The notes under the pieces are model-generated. The model searched no databases. It was not told where the DNA came from and was given only the letters and a program-made list of their open reading frames with translations. Of a DNA stretch of 64,000 nucleotides, positions 28,306 through 41,846 are shown one piece after another. The stretch covers positions 103,478,001-103,542,000 of the forward strand of contig OX597814.1 in assembly GCA_951406725.2 (NCBI GenBank), given 5' to 3'. Positions within the stretch are counted from its first letter, which is position 1; every line of letters starts with the position of its first letter. A program made the position numbers and the translations under genes. The DNA is from Octopus vulgaris. Taxonomy: Eukaryota.

Positions 28306-28717
28306 CTGCATGCATGTATGTATGTATGTATGTATGTATGTATGTATGTATGTATGTATGTATGTATGTATGTATGTATGCATGCATGTATGCATGCATG
28401 TATGTATGTATGTATGTATGTATGTATGTATGTATGTATGTGTGCATGCATGCATGTATGTATGTATGTATGTATGTATGTATGTATGTATGTATGTATG
28501 TATGTATGAGTGTGTGTATGTATGCATATATGTATGTATACATGCATGTGTGTATGAGCGTGTGTGTGTATGTATGTACACAAACACATATAGATATCAA
28601 TTTTTCCCTGAGGAGATTTTACTCTGAAGAGATGTTTACATTTTAAACTCAAATGTCTGTTTCTGCTTTAATGAGTTCTGGCGTAATGTTAAAGAGAGCG
28701 GGTCCAGTATGTGTGTG

Positions 28718-28751
<34 letters not shown>

Positions 28752-28769
28752 CACACATACAGCTAGTCG

Positions 28770-29290
28770 TAAAATCTGAAGAAGAGATCAGGGTAGTAGA
28801 TATACTAACAAGTAAATTTTACCACCAAATCAAAGTGGCTGTACCATGTTACTGCTAGTTTAACCCCAGGCAGACCTTCCGCCAGTTGGTTGTTGGTGTG
28901 ACACTGCACCCTGTATATACAATATATATTGCCAGCAGAGGGAGCAAACCCCTACCATCATCTTGTAAACACAGGATCGCGAGACTGACTCAGTATCGAG
29001 CAGCTTGACACATCCTTTGTCGCGAGTACCTGGCCGCCAGAGCCATAGCTTGGGTTCCCTCCCACTAGTAATGTACTGTAAACGAAGCGACCATCAGTCA
29101 CTGATTTGCGACAACCGTTGAATAGCTTATCGTAAAATCTCAAGAAGAGATTAGAGCAGTAACTATACTAACAAGTGAAATAAGTCATTTGCCTGTCGAA
29201 GTGGCTGTTCCATGTTACTACTAGTTTAACCCCAGTCAGATTGTCCACTCCCTCTGTTGGCAATACGGGACAGCCACTTTGCTGTGGCAT
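28770..29290. repeat. Two diverged copies of an unclassified repeat
   Basis: CGTAAAATCTNAAGAAGAGAT...AAGTGGCTGTWCCATGTTACT.CTAGTTTAACCCCAG at ~28770-28880 and ~29130-29240. Confidence 0.65.
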
Positions 29291-29402
29291 ATGACTTTAT
29301 ATATATATATATATGTTTGTGTGTGTGTGTGTGTGTGTGCGTGTGTACCGTTGGCGATTTTTTCCCCCTGTCTTCCCTTCTCTGGATCTTTCCTTCTCCT
29401 AT

Positions 29403-29437
29403 GTTTCCGACGAAGAGCTCCGCTCGAAACGTTAAAC
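29403..29437 (+). ncRNA. Ultra-minimal hammerhead motif
   Basis: GTTT-CCGACGA-AGAGCtccGCTC-GAAA-CG-TT-AAAC. Confidence 0.65.
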
Positions 29438-29526
29438 CCTCCTTCTTTCCTGAGCGTCCAATAATACTATATTTGTTCCACGTCCTCGCGTTGTTGTGTT
29501 TTTTTTGTGCTTTCTTGTTTGAATTA

Positions 29527-29585
<59 letters not shown>

Positions 29586-29592
29586 ATATATG

Positions 29593-29627
<35 letters not shown>

Positions 29628-29870
29628 TTATATATATAATGGGTGGCTTATTAGCAATTAAACAACCTAAAGGCAAATTAATAGAGGTCACTAAAGCTAT
29701 GTGGCTTTTGCGTTGATTTGACTCTTATTTCTAGCAATAATGGTATTAATTACTACCCGCTGCCGCTTTAGTAACCTCTCACACACACTCTATATATTCT
29801 CTCCCTGTATATATATATATTCAATATACTTACATACATATATACATCTATATCTATATCTATCTATCTG

Positions 29871-29969
<99 letters not shown>

Positions 29970-30140
29970 ATTCCTGCTATCCAAGGTCCCAGATGAACCA
30001 ACATCAAGGCAGGGGGCTCAAATGAGGGCGGCAGTATCGAACTCCCTCCTTTACCAAAACCAATCAGATAGAATTGACCATTAAAATGGTGATTATACTG
30101 ATGGTGCCCCAGCATGGCCACAACCTTAGAGCTGAAACAT
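29970..30140 (+). mobile_element. 3' tip of the CR1/L2-group LINE
   Basis: [27 protein letters not shown] matches FLSRIPDEPTSQQEVQMR at 53557-53793; tail GGTGCCCCAGCATGGCCACA..GCTGAAAC. Confidence 0.7.
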
Positions 30141-30172
30141 ACCATGTATGTATATATGTATGTGTATGTGTT

Positions 30173-30205
<33 letters not shown>

Positions 30206-30405
30206 CCTTCGAAACGTTTAGTAGATGAAACTTTAGCGACTGAAGAAGGGGATTGGTGTCCTGTACACATATATGCGTGTATATGTACATGTAGAGGTAG
30301 GTACGTACATATATGTTTATATATATGCATATATTTTATTAACATATATATATATATATATACATACATATGCGCACACACATACGCACGCGCACACAGA
30401 CGCAC

Positions 30406-30436
<31 letters not shown>

Positions 30437-31205
30437 TATATAAGAAGAGAAAGAGTGGGAGAGGGTGAGACTGAGAGAAAGTGGAATGGTGAGAGATTGA
30501 GACGTGGATATAATGGCAGGCAAATCGAAAGAAAGGAAAGCGGAGGGAAGAGAAACTGCAAGTTCTAACGACTCGCTCACTCCGAGGAGTAAGTCTTATA
30601 ACAAAAATTGTGCCTTGTGATGATCACAGACAATCCGATCATGACCAGCACTACCTTTCACGTATTGCCTATCTTAAATTACATTACCCAATGTGTCTAA
30701 TCATATTCAAGAAGATAGGGTGTCATTTAAAAGTAGCCACCAGGTACAGGCGTGTTTATTTGCTGGTGACTTGACTGGTTACGACTAAACAGTAACGTCT
30801 ACTATTAAACAATTAGTGTAATCGTGGACATACCACTCTACTGGTAGATATACCAGTGAAAGCAAACAGTAAGGTGTAGCACTATAAACAACAACGTGAA
30901 CTAGTTTTAGTGCGACTGGTAAACTGACCCAAATAGAAATCTATTATTTTTATTGTCCGCTAACAAATATTTCCCATGGCCCAAATATGACATTTTTTCG
31001 AAGTTGGCAATATTTACAATTATTCGTTTTCTTCATCTACACAAACAATATTTACACAAAATAGCTCAGAATGAAACAAGATGGGGTTATTGTTTTATAT
31101 ATAATATAATATAAAATGATATAATATAATATAATGCGATACCCATGTGCATATTAATCGTAAACCTATCTATATACTATATATATTCATGTATGTAATA
31201 TAAAG

Positions 31206-31265
<60 letters not shown>

Positions 31266-31284
31266 AATATACATATATACATAC

Positions 31285-31319
<35 letters not shown>

Positions 31320-31323
31320 ATAA

Positions 31324-31449
<126 letters not shown>

Positions 31450-31530
31450 GTATATATATGTAAACTATATATATATATACAGATATACCATATAAATATA
31501 CATATACGCCATATTCCCTTCCATATCGGC

Positions 31531-31615
31531 TAACACTGATGAGCGTAAGGTTATACAATCGGATTGTTACTTGATATTCCATTGTATTCCTTGCTCGAAA
31601 CCGATCGGTAAGATC
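31531..31615 (+). ncRNA. Hammerhead motif lacking a good stem I
   Basis: CTGATGA-GCGTAAGG..ATACAAT/ATTGTAT..CCTTGCTC-GAAA-CCGATCGG-TA. Confidence 0.55.
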
Positions 31616-31689
31616 AACCGTGATGGATATATAATACCGTACGTTACGGATAATATATATATATATATATATATGTGTATATATATATA

Positions 31690-32005
31690 CATATATATCA
31701 GAATATTGTTAGAGATAGAAACACCCACAACTTCATCAACTCCTAACCATATTAGCTCAACCAAGCCATAAAGTGTTAAATAATATACTTACTATTTATA
31801 TTCATAATCCCAAGTTTTCATATTACGGACTACACGTGTTTCATACGTACCCTCATGAAACACGTGTAGTCCGTAATATGAAAACTTGGGATTATGAATA
31901 TAAATAGTATTTTATTTAACATTTTATGGCTTGGTTGAGTTAATATCGTTTGGAGTTGATGAAGTTGTGGGTGTTTCTATCTCTAACAATATTCTGATAT
32001 ATATG
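31690..32005. repeat. ~315-bp palindrome centred on a hammerhead 3' half
   Basis: ~155-bp arms with a 10-nt loop (31845-31854); each arm starts GAAA-CACGTG-TA-GTCC. Confidence 0.88.
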
Positions 32006-32089
32006 AATTAATTATTGAAAGTAATTAAATTTAATATTTTAAATTTAAATGTCTCATTCCTGTGGCACTGGAATTGATATTCTCTAATT

Positions 32090-32840
32090 ATAACAACAAC
32101 AACAACAGCAACAACAACAACAATGTTTCTTTATTAGACACGCAGGGCTGAACACAGAGGGGACAAATTACAGAGTAGAGCGTTTCTTTTTGGGGAGAAA
32201 AAAAAAGGGGGGGGGGGTAGGTTTTCGATCAAAAGGGAACGAAAAAAAAGAAGAAAAATATCCGATCAATAGGGATCGTGTACCACAGAAATGTCACGAT
32301 GTAAAGTGTAAAGGGGAAAACAGATAAGATTTATCCGTGGAAAGAAAAGCCCATGGAAAAGACCACGGTAATCTCGGTCAATAATGTCACATGTTAACAC
32401 ATTTATTTGCAAGTAAGTAACTCTCTGTTTTAAATTTTTCCGAGTTCACAGGATTATACTCAAGGTGGCTTCGTCATTCATACGTGCCATCCTTGCTACA
32501 TTCACCCATCTTTTTTTGAAACATTCGCTAGACAAAACTTACCTCTCTACTTTCACTTTCCTTTTCAAGTGATACTTGAAGAAGTTGATGAGAGATTGAC
32601 CAGAGAGGAAAGTGTTTGTCTCCAATCCTTTCAGACGTGTCCACCAGATACATTCTTTCGCCATAGCCACAAGGATGATGAAAATAGCTCTTCTTTCCCG
32701 TTTGATAGAAGGAGGCGTGACAATATTGACGATAGACTCGGCTGATAAACCGACTCGTCCCACACGTGACAGCAGTTGTTCGACATAGGCCCATAGGTCG
32801 GAAATTGTTGGACACTGACCGCATCTCGGGCAGGTCGGTC
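32090..32840 (-). mobile_element. L1/Tx1-clade LINE 3' end
   Basis: [17 protein letters not shown]...[15 protein letters not shown]-terminal motif, 3' UTR with AATAAA, (TTG)n at the end. Confidence 0.65.
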
Positions 32841-32950
32841 CCGTGTATATTATATGTTTGTCTTCGTCGGTTGCTTACTCTGTGCGTATACAAACACACA
32901 CATATGTATATAAATATATATATGTGTACATACATATACAACATTACATA

Positions 32951-33060
<110 letters not shown>

Positions 33061-33063
33061 TAT

Positions 33064-33463
33064 AGGTGCAGGAGTGGGTGTGTGGTAAGTAGCTTGCTAA
33101 CCAACCACATGGTTCCGGGTTCAGTCCCGCTGGGTGGCATCTTGGGCAAGTGTCTTCTGCTATAGCCCCGGGCCGACCAATGCCTTGTGAGTGGATTTGG
33201 TAGACGGAAACTGAAAGAAGCCTGTCGTATATATGTATATATATATATATATGTGTGTGTGTGTATGTGTTTGCGTGTCTGTGTTTGTCCCCCTAGCATT
33301 GCTTGACAACCGATGTTGGTGTGTTTACGTCCCCGTCACCTAGCGGTTCGACAAAAGAAACCGATAGACTAAGTCCTGGGGTCGAGTTGCTCGATTAAAG
33401 GCGGTGCTCCAGCATGGCCGCAGTCAAATGACTGAAACAAGTAAAAGAGTAAAAGAGTAAAGA

Positions 33464-33465
<2 letters not shown>
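33064..33465 (+). mobile_element. SINE family A, full length
   Basis: Near-identical to 2220-2635. Confidence 0.9.
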
Positions 33466-33526
<61 letters not shown>

Positions 33527-34193
33527 TGGCCTGGGTTCCCTCCTGCTAGCATCGGTCACTTACTCCGTACGTCCACTCTAACCTTCCACAAATTTTATAT
33601 TTCTACAATTTCTGGATGCTGCTGTTTTATGAAGGTTTCCTATCGTGTTGAAATCTCGAAATAGGGATCATACAATCAGCAGCTGTCCAAAAGCATCTGC
33701 AAAGTATTTACCTTCCTATGAGACGCAACGGTTGTTAAAACCGACGTAGATGGTTTTAACGACAAAGTCAGCGGCTCAGTAGATGTTAATGTTTCCTCTG
33801 AAATTGTGTAAAAAAGAGAATATCAACAGTGGACTAATGCGCAACTTATATCTCTTGTATTTTGGCTATAAGGGTCCATTGGTACATATCAAATTTGTAT
33901 TGGACCAAGTAACAACAGGTTTTTGTAAAAACCACGAAATGCCAGGCGTTTACAACCGAACACAAAGCAAATTAATTCGAATTCTCCATATAACATATTC
34001 GCAGATATACACCTGCATATATACACATATATACTTTTGTATAGGCCCACATACACATACACATACACACTCAAGCATCTACATTTATGCATACATACAC
34101 CTACATATATACACACGCATCCTTACATATATAGATCTTCATAAACACACATACATATGTATATATATGCATACCTACACATACACATATATA

Positions 34194-34253
<60 letters not shown>

Positions 34254-34453
34254 TATATGTGTATGTACATAAACCAGTTTACATGCACACAGGTGCTTAC
34301 ACTTATATATACGCTCACATTTTCGCAAATCACTGGACTTGTTTTGGTTTTAAAAAAAATTCTGTCACTTTGTTGACGACTAACTTGAATTCGAGAACTT
34401 GAACAAATTTCAAAGGAAAACACACTCGCATGCGCGCACACACATTCACACAG

Positions 34454-34493
<40 letters not shown>

Positions 34494-34632
34494 TCACTCG
34501 TACCAGCCATCCAACCAACAAACCAAGAGACCATACTACCTACCTACTTACCAATCTACCTACCTACCTACCTTCCTAGCTAATTACATGAATTACATAT
34601 ATACATGTAAACATATATATATATATATATGT

Positions 34633-34705
<73 letters not shown>

Positions 34706-35379
34706 CACATAATCAAAATAAGCAACAAGGATATCCATAGGTAATGCAGTACGATTGTTTCAAGCAACTCCATTTAATTGAACAATGCAATCATTACATC
34801 AGTTTAAATGTAGAGTAATCTTCAGCTGCATAAAGACATAGAATCTAATTAAATTAAAACAGATGGACACAATAGTATAATTTTACCTTAAATCTCCAAG
34901 AAGGTAAGGAGATAGACAGAGAACATGCTGTCTATCTCCTTACAAGTGTACACACACGCACACACAGACATACACAGCTGTATATAAACAACTTTAATGC
35001 TTTGATTCCCAAGTTGTAAGTCATATTAGTCAAGAATCGAAAGAGGGATTTGATTAAAGTCTGCCTTATTGCGATGTATTGATGGCGGTGGTGATGGTGG
35101 GAGGGGGTAAATGTTCTGTAGATGTTTGGAGGTAAACTGTGGTGTAGTGAGATATACTGAGATGTTTTGAGGGTAAAGCTTCTCACCGTGCCCCTCACCA
35201 AAAACACGACACTTGTGGGAAAAATTCAGATCAGCATTGCAAGCTAAAGTAACTCTCGTCATTTTTACATTGCTCCTGCTGGAACAATCTTATCTTAGTC
35301 GTTACATGAAGTAACCATACGACATATATTTATTTCCTTGTTCAGCAAATCAACAATTATCGACTCAAATTAAATTACG

Positions 35380-36300
35380 TTTCTTCTTTATAGTAAATGG
35401 AAATGAACGATTTAAAGGCGGAATGTCATGTCTGGTAGACTACTTTTTTGAGACGAGATTCTTTCAGAAGGAGAGAGCCACTCCTGGAATTTGTTATAGG
35501 ATAATGGAGCTAACACCGTTCGAACCGATCACCTTCTTGGCTTGAATCAATCAAAGTAGTTTTATATTCTGTGAACTTGATGGAGAGTGTAAGAGAGTGA
35601 TGGATGGATGAGTTTCGTTGAGTGCAAACAAAATAGAATTTGAGAGGAAACCGGCAGCAGATATGAAGGTCTTTTATGGTAAAAAGAGCCGCTAGAAATT
35701 CAAACCCATTGAGAATGATTTATAAGACATTTCCGCAAAACTGACAGACAAATTCTTGATAATGATCCAGAAAGTTCTTTATAACTTAGAAGGCAGACTT
35801 GTCAACAGACCGCGCAATACATGAAGACAGCTTTACTTTTCTGGTGGTAGTAGTCGTGTGTAAACTCCACTCCAGTTATGGGTGATGGTCAGTAGCTGCT
35901 TCTCGGTGTTTTGTAGATAATGTTAGTTGCTTTTGCTTCAACAACTCTGCCATAGATAAACCATTGATAGGGAGGTTTGGGTTATCAAGTTCGGTTCGAT
36001 CCCTCGCTGATCTATTTGAATGGGTAGGGAATGAAAACTCCAGATTAAATGGGTTGGAGGGAATACGAACTAGAGGGGGTGGGGCGGGAAAAACTCAACT
36101 TGTGTGTTAGCAGCGTCGGTGTTGAGTGAGGTGCAAGAAGCAGAAAGGTGACGAGTACTCTGACGTCATTAAGGATGACTTAAGATGAGAGGAAAGTCAG
36201 GTGAGGCAGTGAAATATCTTTCGGTGATTGGAGGAGAATTGGCAGCGGTAACTATAGAAGGATTGGGAAGATGAACCGGGGCAATGAGTAGATTCACTTT
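35380..36300 (-). mobile_element. Very degenerate LINE endonuclease-region remnant
   Basis: Minus strand TDHHP (APE SDH-like motif) at ~35890; frames broken. Confidence 0.3.
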
Positions 36301-36417
36301 ATATGAGAAATAGGTGGGATGGTTACGTTTGGAATGTCCTTAATCATAGGTCAACTGAATCAGAGCGACCTGGGGCTAAAGAACAACCGTCTCCTTATGC
36401 AATAACAACAACAACTT

Positions 36418-36625
36418 CAAATTTTGGCAGAAGGCCAGCAATTTCAGAGGAATGGACAAATCGATGACATTGACACCAGTGATCAACTGGTACTTATTTT
36501 ATCGATTCCGAAAGGATGAAAGGCAAGGTCAACCTCAGCGGAATTTGAACTCATACTTTAAGCCGGACGAAATGCTGCTAAGCATTTTGCCCGACGAGCT
36601 CACGATAATGCCAGCTGACCACCTT
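36418..36625 (-). mobile_element. Meta/MESC-like SINE
   Basis: Minus strand GAGTTCAAATTCCGCTGAGGTTGACCTTGCCTTTCATCCTTTCGGAATCGATAAAATAAGTACCAG. Confidence 0.75.
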
Positions 36626-36652
36626 AAGAACAACAACAGTGATGATGATGAC

Positions 36653-36703
<51 letters not shown>

Positions 36704-36714
36704 AAAAAATGCAA

Positions 36715-37720
36715 ATCAGACATTTTCAAGGACTGTGTAAATAAAATCGGAATTGATGTAAAGTTACAAGTCATGCAGAAGAAGCCAGCACTTCTTGGTA
36801 TAAGAAGAATCTTAAAGGAATTTCTTGTCTATGAAAAGCACAAGAGAGGAATTAGTGACGGGGCTTTGTTAACTTGTTGTCTGCTCTCTTACTGCAATGA
36901 ACAGACTGTTTAACATCGGTCAGAGATTTACAAAAATGAAACAACAACAACAACAACAACAACAATAATAATAATGATGATGATGATGATGATGATAATG
37001 ATAATACGGAGGTCTAAAGTTTTCCACGAAAGATGATCAAAATCTGGGACGTCTTTCAACTATAATAAAACAGTTCAGCGACGATACTAGAATGGAGTTA
37101 AGTCTCAAGAAATGTGCTAAAGCCATATTCTTCGAAGGAGTACTTCTGAAAACTAGCAACATGCAGATTGAGAAGTTTATCTTCATCAAGGAATTAAATG
37201 TCAAAAAAAAACCCCCAAATATTTATGCGTGTATCAAGGGAATGATATTCAGCACTCGCAAATTCGAGTTAAAATACGGATATATATGTTATCGTAGAGT
37301 TAAATCTATTCTAAAGAGCGAACTTAATTACAAGAAACGAAACCGATACAATCAATACCTTAGCCCATACCTGTTGTGAGCCACAGCTATAATGTTATAA
37401 AATGGTCCATCAGTGAGAGCAGTAAAATTGATACAAAAATACGCAAGTTTTTCACAATGCACCGCCTGCATCACCTAAAGGCAGATGTGGATAGACTATG
37501 GATCGCACGCAAGGACGGATAATAGGGACTGATGTAGCCACAGCTGCCTCTAAAGACAGCAAGCATAGGAGTAGACGCCTGTCTAAAGAACACCAATGAC
37601 TGGATGCTTAAACTGGTTTGGAAATATGAGAGTACCAAGAAACTGTACTCAATATCAGAAGAAGCAAAGAAAAAGGAATTAATGATCAACAAGACTGAAG
37701 TGCAAACAAATGAAACAGAA
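36715..37720 (+). mobile_element. R4/Dong-like LINE fragments
   Basis: IGIDVKLQVMQKKPALLGIRRILKEFL terminus; MELSLKKCAK, KIDTKIRKFFTMHRLHHLKADVDRLW; interleaved with (GAT)/(AAC)/(AAT) repeats. Confidence 0.6.
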
Positions 37721-38029
37721 CTCACTGTGTGTGTGTATGGATCTGTGTTTATATGCAGATATAAGTCTTAGGTTGTTTGTGTTAATTTTTAGCAAAATAC
37801 AGGGCGAATTCACATAGTGATATAATAAAGATTAAATATTACAGCAGGATATCATTCTATTCAGTAGATAACTGTATATGATATAGAAGTTGGTGTATAT
37901 ATCTGTCTATTAATATAGAATAAAATATATTAAGTGACGGTAATAAATCGAAGCGAAATGTATATACAAACACAGACACAGTCGCCCAGTAATATGTATT
38001 ATGAAATACTATCTAATATATATTAGCAT

Positions 38030-38435
38030 ATAAGGCGGCAAGCAGGCAGAATCGTTGGTACGCCGGACAAAGTGCTTAGGGGCATTTCGTCTGCTGTTAC
38101 GTTCTGAGTTCAAATTCCGCCGAGGTCGACTTTGCCTTTCATCCTTTCGGGGTCGATTAAATAAGTACCAGTTACGCATTGGGGTCGATGTAATCGACTT
38201 AATCCGTTTGTCTGTCCTTGTTTGTTCCCTCTGTGTTTAGCCCCTTGTGAGTAGTAAAGAAATGGGCATTTCGTCCGTCTTTCCCTCCTGAATTCAAATT
38301 CCGCAGGCCGAGGTCGATTTTGCCATTCATACTTTTGGAGTCGATAAAATAAATACCAGGACTGGGGTAAGGGTTGATGTACTCGCCTTACCTTCTCTCC
38401 CGAAACTGCTGGCTTGTACTAAAATTTGAAACCAA
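38030..38435 (+). mobile_element. Meta/MESC-like SINE, two tandem units
   Basis: GTTCTGAGTTCAAATTCCGCCGAGGTCGACTTTGCCTTTCATCCTTTCGGGGTCGATTAAATAAGTACCAG; second unit at ~38290. Confidence 0.8.
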
Positions 38436-38489
38436 TATATATCAATATAGATCAACACACACACACGTTCGCTTATTCTGAAAGTTCTT

Positions 38490-38975
38490 AGAATCTATTT
38501 GGTAACCGTCTTCATTTCATTGCCATCGTAGTCTTATGAACATGAAAAGATACCTTATCATTCATGCCAATTCTCAGGTCACAATTTGAACTCTGGGATT
38601 ACAACTCATCCTGATGCTGTGTGTTTTGTGTGCTGATAGCTGAGAGTTCGGAATTGTTCAGCTTTAAATTGCCTTGTACCCACATGTATTCATAACTTTT
38701 AAATCATGTTGCGTAGCATCTCCGGGTTTCTTTATCACTTGTGATACTTTTGTAATATCTGCATAGATAACGAGGGTGGCTGTTTGTATAGCTGGAGGTA
38801 TGTCTGATGGATCACTGTAAGCAATAGTACCCTCAAGACAGAACCCTGCAGGACTCTATCCACTATGATTGTTTCCTGGGAGAAGGCTTCATTGATTACT
38901 GACTTCTGCCTTTGAAAAGGTTGAGCAACCGCTACCCCAAGCTTTCCACAATGCCGAGGTCCAGCAGTGTTTCTC
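38490..38975 (-). mobile_element. Degenerate copy of the CR1/L2-group LINE RT region
   Basis: GKLGV...QKSVINEA...VLQGSVL aligns with the RT at 3612-5054. Confidence 0.6.
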
Positions 38976-39124
38976 ATGATTGTGTGTTTGTTGTATTATT
39001 AATGATGTTGTCGCATCTGGAAAGTGGTGGCATCTGGAAATATAGTCTAAAGCTACAATCAAGAAGTTGCACCATCTGGACTATTATTTTAGATTTTTAC
39101 CTGAAACTATTAAGCGGGGAGGGT

Positions 39125-39155
<31 letters not shown>

Positions 39156-39490
39156 ATGAGTAATCTTGAAAAGTTGGGTTAAGAAATTCCAAACCATTAA
39201 TGGCACCATGAAAATATGGAAATCATTGCACAAGTTTAACATGCACACACACATACACACACACACACACACACTCACACTCACACACACACATGCATAC
39301 AAACACAGGCTTGCATGCATGCACAGGTACACACGTACGCACGCACTCACACACACGCACACACGCACGCATATATGCACGCACGCACATACACACGCAC
39401 GCGTGCGTACACAACACACACGCACACACACACACAGGTAAATCAGCATGCAAAAACAAAGAAAAAGTTCTTGTCGTTTAAAAATTGTTT

Positions 39491-39561
<71 letters not shown>

Positions 39562-39658
39562 GGAGACAGAGAGGGGCAGAGAATGAGAAAACTTTTGTAT
39601 GTGTGCTATGCGTGTGTGATTGTCTGTATCTACGGCTGTGTATATTTATATGTGCCAG

Positions 39659-39721
<63 letters not shown>

Positions 39722-40026
39722 TTAGGGAGTATGGCTCCAAACTTACAGGGAAAAATTAGATTTAGGATTAAATCAAATTTCACAGCATAAATATAATAAA
39801 ATATCCAGCCTTTCACATAACTTTTATAAATATATAAAATATGAATTACTTATTATACTTATATTATATTTATCATTCTTTTTATACTTTTTGGAAAAAT
39901 AAATTAAATTATATATATATATATATTATTTATTATATTAATTATATTTATTTTATTTGTTATTTATGTATTGGTTTATGTCTATCACCGTTTGAGTTGC
40001 CTAATAGTGGTTTTATCTCTAATACA

Positions 40027-40067
<41 letters not shown>

Positions 40068-40133
40068 ATAAAACGGTAAGATAACAAAAGAAAGAAAGAG
40101 ACCTCAATATTATGTAAATAGAGATAATTTATC

Positions 40134-40351
40134 TATACAATAATATGTTACATTACTCGGTAGTCAAGATAAAACTCTGAGTTTCAGATGCCGAAGTGGA
40201 AATCCACAACACCATCTCTTCGGTTATCTGGCTATTTGAAAACGCTATCGTTTTCAAATAGCCAGATAACCGAAGAGATGGTGTTGTGGATTTCCACTTC
40301 GGCATCTGAAACTCAGAGTTTTATCTTGACTACCGAGTAATGTAACATATT

Positions 40352-40359
<8 letters not shown>
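40134..40359. repeat. Perfect 226-bp palindrome carrying a hammerhead motif in each arm
   Basis: 111-bp arms, 4-nt loop CTAT (40245-40248); no mismatch seen. Confidence 0.92.
40264..40326 (+). ncRNA. Hammerhead motif (mirror copy 40167-40229 on minus)
   Basis: AGATAA-CCGAAGA-GATG..GTGG/CCAC..CATCT-GAAA-CTCAGAG-TT-TTATCT. Confidence 0.62.
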
Positions 40360-40407
<48 letters not shown>

Positions 40408-40814
40408 TTAAAACGACGCTTATTTTCCGAATAAACTTCAAATGTCTTTACTCTGTGTATGCGTATTTTGTGTGTGTCTGTAAGTGTATTTTCCGAATGA
40501 AAACTTCAAATCGATTTGATCAAACTACAAAATGAAGTTGCCTCTGAGATGATCCCAGTTTTTTTTTTTGAGGGGCCTGCTACTTTTGGACAGGGAAAAA
40601 TCGATCCAATCATCAACTGACTGATCTGCTCATGAGTCATTGACTCCTGATTATGAAAACTAAAGCTAACAGTCCATCAGCATGATTTGAACTCAGAACA
40701 TAGAGACAACAGACAGGAAATTTATTCTGCTTTCTACCAACTGCGCCACTTGCCGGCCACTGGGGGTAGTTAAGTAAACTACAATCAGACACGGTTCAGT
40801 GTTTAATAAATGGA

Positions 40815-41090
40815 ATTGACGAAGGCTAAATAGATTAAAGAAGATAATTTTTATCAGTGAAGGGTAAATAGATTTAAAGATGAGAAATTGAATTAATGAG
40901 TAGTAAATGTATTAAAAGTAAATAAATTTAATTAATGAAAGGGAAATATATTTAAGGTAAATAAATTTAATTAGCGAAGAGTAAATATATTTAAAGAAGA
41001 TGGGTTGAATTAATGAAAGGTGAATACATTTAGAGAAAACGAATTTAATTAATGAGACGGAATGTATTTAAGATAAATTGAATTAATGAC
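40815..41090. repeat. Degenerate AT-rich minisatellite (~36-bp unit)
   Basis: Recurrent AATTAATGAA.GGGTAAATAGATTTAAAG-like units. Confidence 0.6.
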
Positions 41091-41846
41091 GTAAACTTTT
41101 TTGATTTGCTTATGAGGTCTCGAACCTGCTTATCAATAGTTGTAGAAATAAGTGTTTTGAAACTGTGGCCCGCAACGGAAGGTTTGTCCTCAAGGGAATC
41201 AGTGCTAATTCATAACATTAATAATTTATGGCTATATACACAAATACTTAAGATAAAAAGGTCGGCAGAGTGACAATATTTGTCATGCATTACTGGAAAA
41301 GATAAAAGTGATTAGGCGATTCTTTCTGCAAGGAGTTGGGTTGTGAGCGGTGAGTTCGCATGACGGTAAGGACCTTGCACTTACTGACACATTCATAGAT
41401 GTAAATAAGTGCTATAGATACGGATTAGTTCTCTTCCGTTACCCGGCAGAGCACTGTGTATTTAAAGTGTTTGGTTTGCGTGTAGGGTTGTGTTTAAACT
41501 TTGTTGTGCTTAAAGACTTAGTTTAAAGAATTAAGGGCCCCCCAAAAAAAGTGTTTCCCCCTTCCTCTGCTAAATCAGGGGTTCCTAACCATATTTTACC
41601 GATGGATCCCTTTGGTTCCTATTTTACTCGGCTATACCCTAACCCTTACCATTCAATATTTTAAAAATTCCTACTGTATAAAAAATTAAAATATTTTGTG
41701 TGTTATGGAAGCATGAGCAATTCCTTGCACATAAATTTTAACAACAAAATTTTATATGAAATGCCAAGAGTTGGGATCCACTTTGCTGCAAGAACATGAA
41801 ATGGTGCGTGGTGCGAGCACTGCAACCAAAAGAGAGATATACATAC

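Noticed and set aside
41703-41846. C-terminal 47 aa of ORF 41703-42194
   Set aside because: Read-through into the intron after the CAG|GTATGT donor; SLC5 similarity resumes at exon 2.
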